Shown one piece after another: positions 52,155 to 54,767 of a stretch of 54,767 bases of DNA. The DNA is from Planctomycetota bacterium. GTDB lineage: Bacteria > Planctomycetota > UBA1135. The stretch's first letter is position 1, and each line of letters starts with the position of its first letter. The DNA is taken from assembly GCA_036396955.1 (NCBI GenBank), contig DASWJW010000235.1:1-54767 (forward strand), read 5' to 3'. The notes beneath the pieces are model-generated. The model was not told where the DNA came from. It saw only the letters and a list, made by a program, of their open reading frames with translations, and did no database searches. The position numbers were made by a program, and so were the translations under genes.

Positions 52155-54728
52155 ATGCGCACTCCCAGGAAGAGCCACTTCCTTCTGCTCCCCTTGCTGC
52201 TGACTGCTGGCTGCGCCAGCGGGAGCAGATCGTCCAATGATGGCGGCGGAGAATTCGATCCCATGCCGGATGCGGCCGGTGGACTGCAGGATCCGCAGAC
52301 GCCGCAGGACGTACGGGAGAAACTGGACGTCAACCAGCAGAAGCGCACGCTCGTCGCGCAGAGCTTCCTCGACCAGGCCGACGCGGCCTTCGAACGCGGA
52401 GACTACCCGCGTTCGCGGATGCTCTACGCCGATGCGTTCCAGCTCGACCCCGACAGCCGCGCCGCGCGCGACGGCTTGCGGCGCGCCGACGCCGCGATGG
52501 GCGGAACCGGCTACGACTACGCCTCGTCCGAAGACCTGATCGGCCAGGAACAGCTCCGCTGGGCGGCCAACCGCGTCCGCGTCGAAGGGCTCGTCAACGA
52601 AGGCGACCGCAATCTCTCGAGCGGCGACTACGGAGGGGCCGTGGACGCGTACCGCGCCGCCGAGCTCGCTCTCGAGTACTCGCCGAACCTCGAAGGCGGC
52701 TCGCTCGACCTGTCGCTCGTGCGTTCAAAGCGCGAGCAGGCGGAGGGCGCGCGCCTGGACAGCGAATTGGGCACGCGGGAGGCCGAGCGCCTGGCCGCCG
52801 AAGCCGACGCCGCCGACGCCGTCGCGGCCCGGAACCAGTATTTCGAGAACCAGGTCCGCACCTTGCTGGGCGAGGCCAACAACCAGTTCCAGAGCGGCAA
52901 CTACGACCAGGCTGTGGCCACGCTCGACCGCGTGCTGGACCTCGATCCGCGCAACGCGGCCGCGCGCGACCTGCGCGGGGTCGCCAACGAAGCGTGGCAC
53001 CAGCGCCGGCAGCGCACCACGCAGGCCGAATTCCGCCGGCAGTGGCGGACGACCTTCGACGAACTCCACCAGCTCCCCGTTCCGCCCAAGAGCCCGCTCG
53101 AGTTCGACGTCGACCACTGGCGCAACGACGTCCTGAACCGCAAGCCGCTCGACGAAGTCAGCGAGGCCAGCGTCGAGGATCCCGCCGACACCGCGATCCT
53201 CCGCGAGCTCGAGAACACCCGCATCGAGCCGCGTTTCGACGGCATGCTGATCGAAGAGATCGTCGACAACCTGTCGGCGTACACCCGCGTCAGCTTCGTG
53301 GTCTCCCGCGCGGTGCGCGAGGACGTCGACGAAGACGTCAAGACGATCAACCTGGCGATCCAGAAGCCGTTGCCCGTCTCCCAGATCCTCAGCATCCTCG
53401 AGGACCAGATGAACAACGAGGTGCACTTCGTGCCGCGCAACGGCGTGGTCAACGTGGTCACCACCGAGGAAGCCAGCGGCGGCCAGGCGCTGCGCCAGTA
53501 CGAGGTCCGCGACATCGTCCGCAAGGTGCAGGACTTCGTCGGCTCCGACATCAACCTGTCCCCGTCCGGCGGCATCGACGAGATCGAAGAGGAGCTTCCC
53601 GAGAAGGAAGCCACGATCCTCACCGAGGACGAGCTGCTCGAGGCGATCCAGGAGAACATCGCGCCCGACGCGTGGGACGACACCGCCTTCATCTCGGTGG
53701 AGAACGGCACTTTGATTGTCTACGCGGTTCCGACCATCCAGGCGCAGGTGCGCTCGCTGCTCGAGGACCTGCGCAAGGCCTCGAACATCATGGTCGAGAT
53801 CCGGGTGCGCTTCCTCAAGGTTGAGGACACCTTCCTGCAGGACGTCGGCGTCGATTTCCGCGGCCTCGGCGACGACACCACCGCCGGCGTGGCCGGCAAG
53901 GGCGACGACTTCGTCTTCGACGACTTCGGCTCCGATCCCGGCTCCCCGGGAGCGCCGGGCACCATCGGTTCGGGCAACGATTCGGGCGTGTACTTCCGCG
54001 AGGCCGACGACAACGTCAACATCCTCGCGCGCACCGAGAACCTCTACGACGCGGGCCTTGGCAACGAGAACACCATCGGCTCCGGCGGCCTGACGCTGCA
54101 GTACACCTGGCTCGACGACACCCAGGTCGAGATGATCCTGCGCGCGGTCGAGAAGTCGCAGCGCAGCGAGGTGGTCACCGAGTCCAAGCTCATGGTGTTC
54201 AACACCTCGCGGGCCAACTTGACCGTCGCCAACCAGGTCAGCTACGTCGGCGACTTCGACGTCGAAATCGCCCAGGCGGCCGCGATCGCCGATCCGATCG
54301 TCCGGGTCGCCAAGGACGGGGTGTTCCTGGACGTTCGCCCGGTGGTTACCGCCGACCGTCGCTTCACCTATATCGACGTACGGCCGACCGTGGCGACCCT
54401 GCGCCGCCCGATCCCGACCTTCCAGACCTCGCTCGGCACCGGCTCGCCGGTCACCCTGCAGCTCCCGGAGCTCGAGATCCAGAAGATCCGGACGCGCGTC
54501 CTGGTTCCCGACGGCGGCACGCTCCTGCTGGGCGGGCTCAACGTGGTCGACCAGCAGAATCTCGAATCCGGAATTCCGTTCCTGAACCGCATTCCGGTCC
54601 TTTCCTTCTTCTTTTCGCGCAAGGGCACCTTCGAGTCGTACCAGAAGCTGATCATCCTGCTCACCGCGCGGGTGATCATTCCTTCCGAATTCGAGCCTTC
54701 GGCGCGCCCCGGGGGCGTCTCTCGCTGA
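52155..54728 (+). CDS. secretin (type II/III secretion system / PilQ family) lipoprotein with N-terminal TPR region
   Basis: Lipobox LLLTAGC. Three TPR-like repeats, N0/N1-like domains, and a C-terminal secretin core (VRFLKVED...GGTLLLGGL...IPFLNRIPVLSFFFS). Confidence 0.9.
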   Translation: MRTPRKSHFLLLPLLLTAGCASGSRSSNDGGGEFDPMPDAAGGLQDPQTPQDVREKLDVNQQKRTLVAQSFLDQADAAFERGDYPRSRMLYADAFQLDPDSRAARDGLRRADAAMGGTGYDYASSEDLIGQEQLRWAANRVRVEGLVNEGDRNLSSGDYGGAVDAYRAAELALEYSPNLEGGSLDLSLVRSKREQAEGARLDSELGTREAERLAAEADAADAVAARNQYFENQVRTLLGEANNQFQSGNYDQAVATLDRVLDLDPRNAAARDLRGVANEAWHQRRQRTTQAEFRRQWRTTFDELHQLPVPPKSPLEFDVDHWRNDVLNRKPLDEVSEASVEDPADTAILRELENTRIEPRFDGMLIEEIVDNLSAYTRVSFVVSRAVREDVDEDVKTINLAIQKPLPVSQILSILEDQMNNEVHFVPRNGVVNVVTTEEASGGQALRQYEVRDIVRKVQDFVGSDINLSPSGGIDEIEEELPEKEATILTEDELLEAIQENIAPDAWDDTAFISVENGTLIVYAVPTIQAQVRSLLEDLRKASNIMVEIRVRFLKVEDTFLQDVGVDFRGLGDDTTAGVAGKGDDFVFDDFGSDPGSPGAPGTIGSGNDSGVYFREADDNVNILARTENLYDAGLGNENTIGSGGLTLQYTWLDDTQVEMILRAVEKSQRSEVVTESKLMVFNTSRANLTVANQVSYVGDFDVEIAQAAAIADPIVRVAKDGVFLDVRPVVTADRRFTYIDVRPTVATLRRPIPTFQTSLGTGSPVTLQLPELEIQKIRTRVLVPDGGTLLLGGLNVVDQQNLESGIPFLNRIPVLSFFFSRKGTFESYQKLIILLTARVIIPSEFEPSARPGGVSR

Positions 54729-54767
54729 TTCCGACGCCGTCCGCTGCGGGCGGCGGCCCGCCCCGGC

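Noticed and set aside
1-54767. Mobile elements, prophage, defence islands and toxin-antitoxin pairs.
   Set aside because: No integrase, transposase, recombinase, terminal inverted repeats, tRNA-flanked boundaries or compositional islands were seen. Apart from two short GC-poor spacers, the composition looks uniform.

Overview
High-GC (roughly 70% by eye) bacterial chromosomal window, densely coding with about 50 CDS. I found no rRNA, tRNA, CRISPR array, transposase or integrase by eye. Many gene pairs overlap by 4 nt (ATGA, GTGA or TTGA), so much of the window is organised as translationally coupled operons. The six-frame track is full of long Arg/Pro/Ala-rich wrong-frame ORFs that are GC artefacts.

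Content in order:
- ruvB, a SpoIID-domain gene, tgt, cstA (-), rmuC.
- A minus-strand pair: a frameshifted secreted protein, then a thioredoxin-fold gene interrupted by an in-frame TGA.
- An ECF sigma factor with an anti-sigma/vWA fusion, then adenosine deaminase.
- A HAD-like protein, a DUF819 membrane protein and two small hypotheticals.
- A 295-nt GC-poor structured spacer, then an SDR and thrS.
- A BlaI / BlaR1(M56) / LysM coiled-coil cassette.
- An RND pump with its adaptor, and an alkaline-phosphatase-family enzyme.
- A complete minus-strand dcw cluster, mraZ-rsmH-ftsL-ftsI-murE-murF-mraY-ftsW-[3xLysM]-murG-murC-murB. It lacks murD and ddl/ftsQAZ.
- A GNAT-like protein, a lipoprotein, der, queE and a small basic protein.
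- A family-4 UDG coupled to a PilM/N-like, PilO-like and FN3 gene set, followed by a TPR-lipoprotein secretin.

Most interesting items:
1. A predicted selenoprotein. UGA sits at the first Cys of a TlpA-type CxxC motif, with a SECIS-like GGUCU hairpin downstream. The thioredoxin fold is fused to TPR and DsbD-alpha-like modules.
2. The atypical dcw cluster with an embedded LysM membrane protein. Upstream lies a clear promoter plus four 10-bp-phased (T/G)GGAG repeats that look like a MraZ operator.
3. An orphan secretin module with non-canonical partners.
4. The BlaI-BlaR1-LysM sensor cassette with a perfect dyad operator.

Gene content hints at a Planctomycetota-like or related lineage, but that is only an inference.
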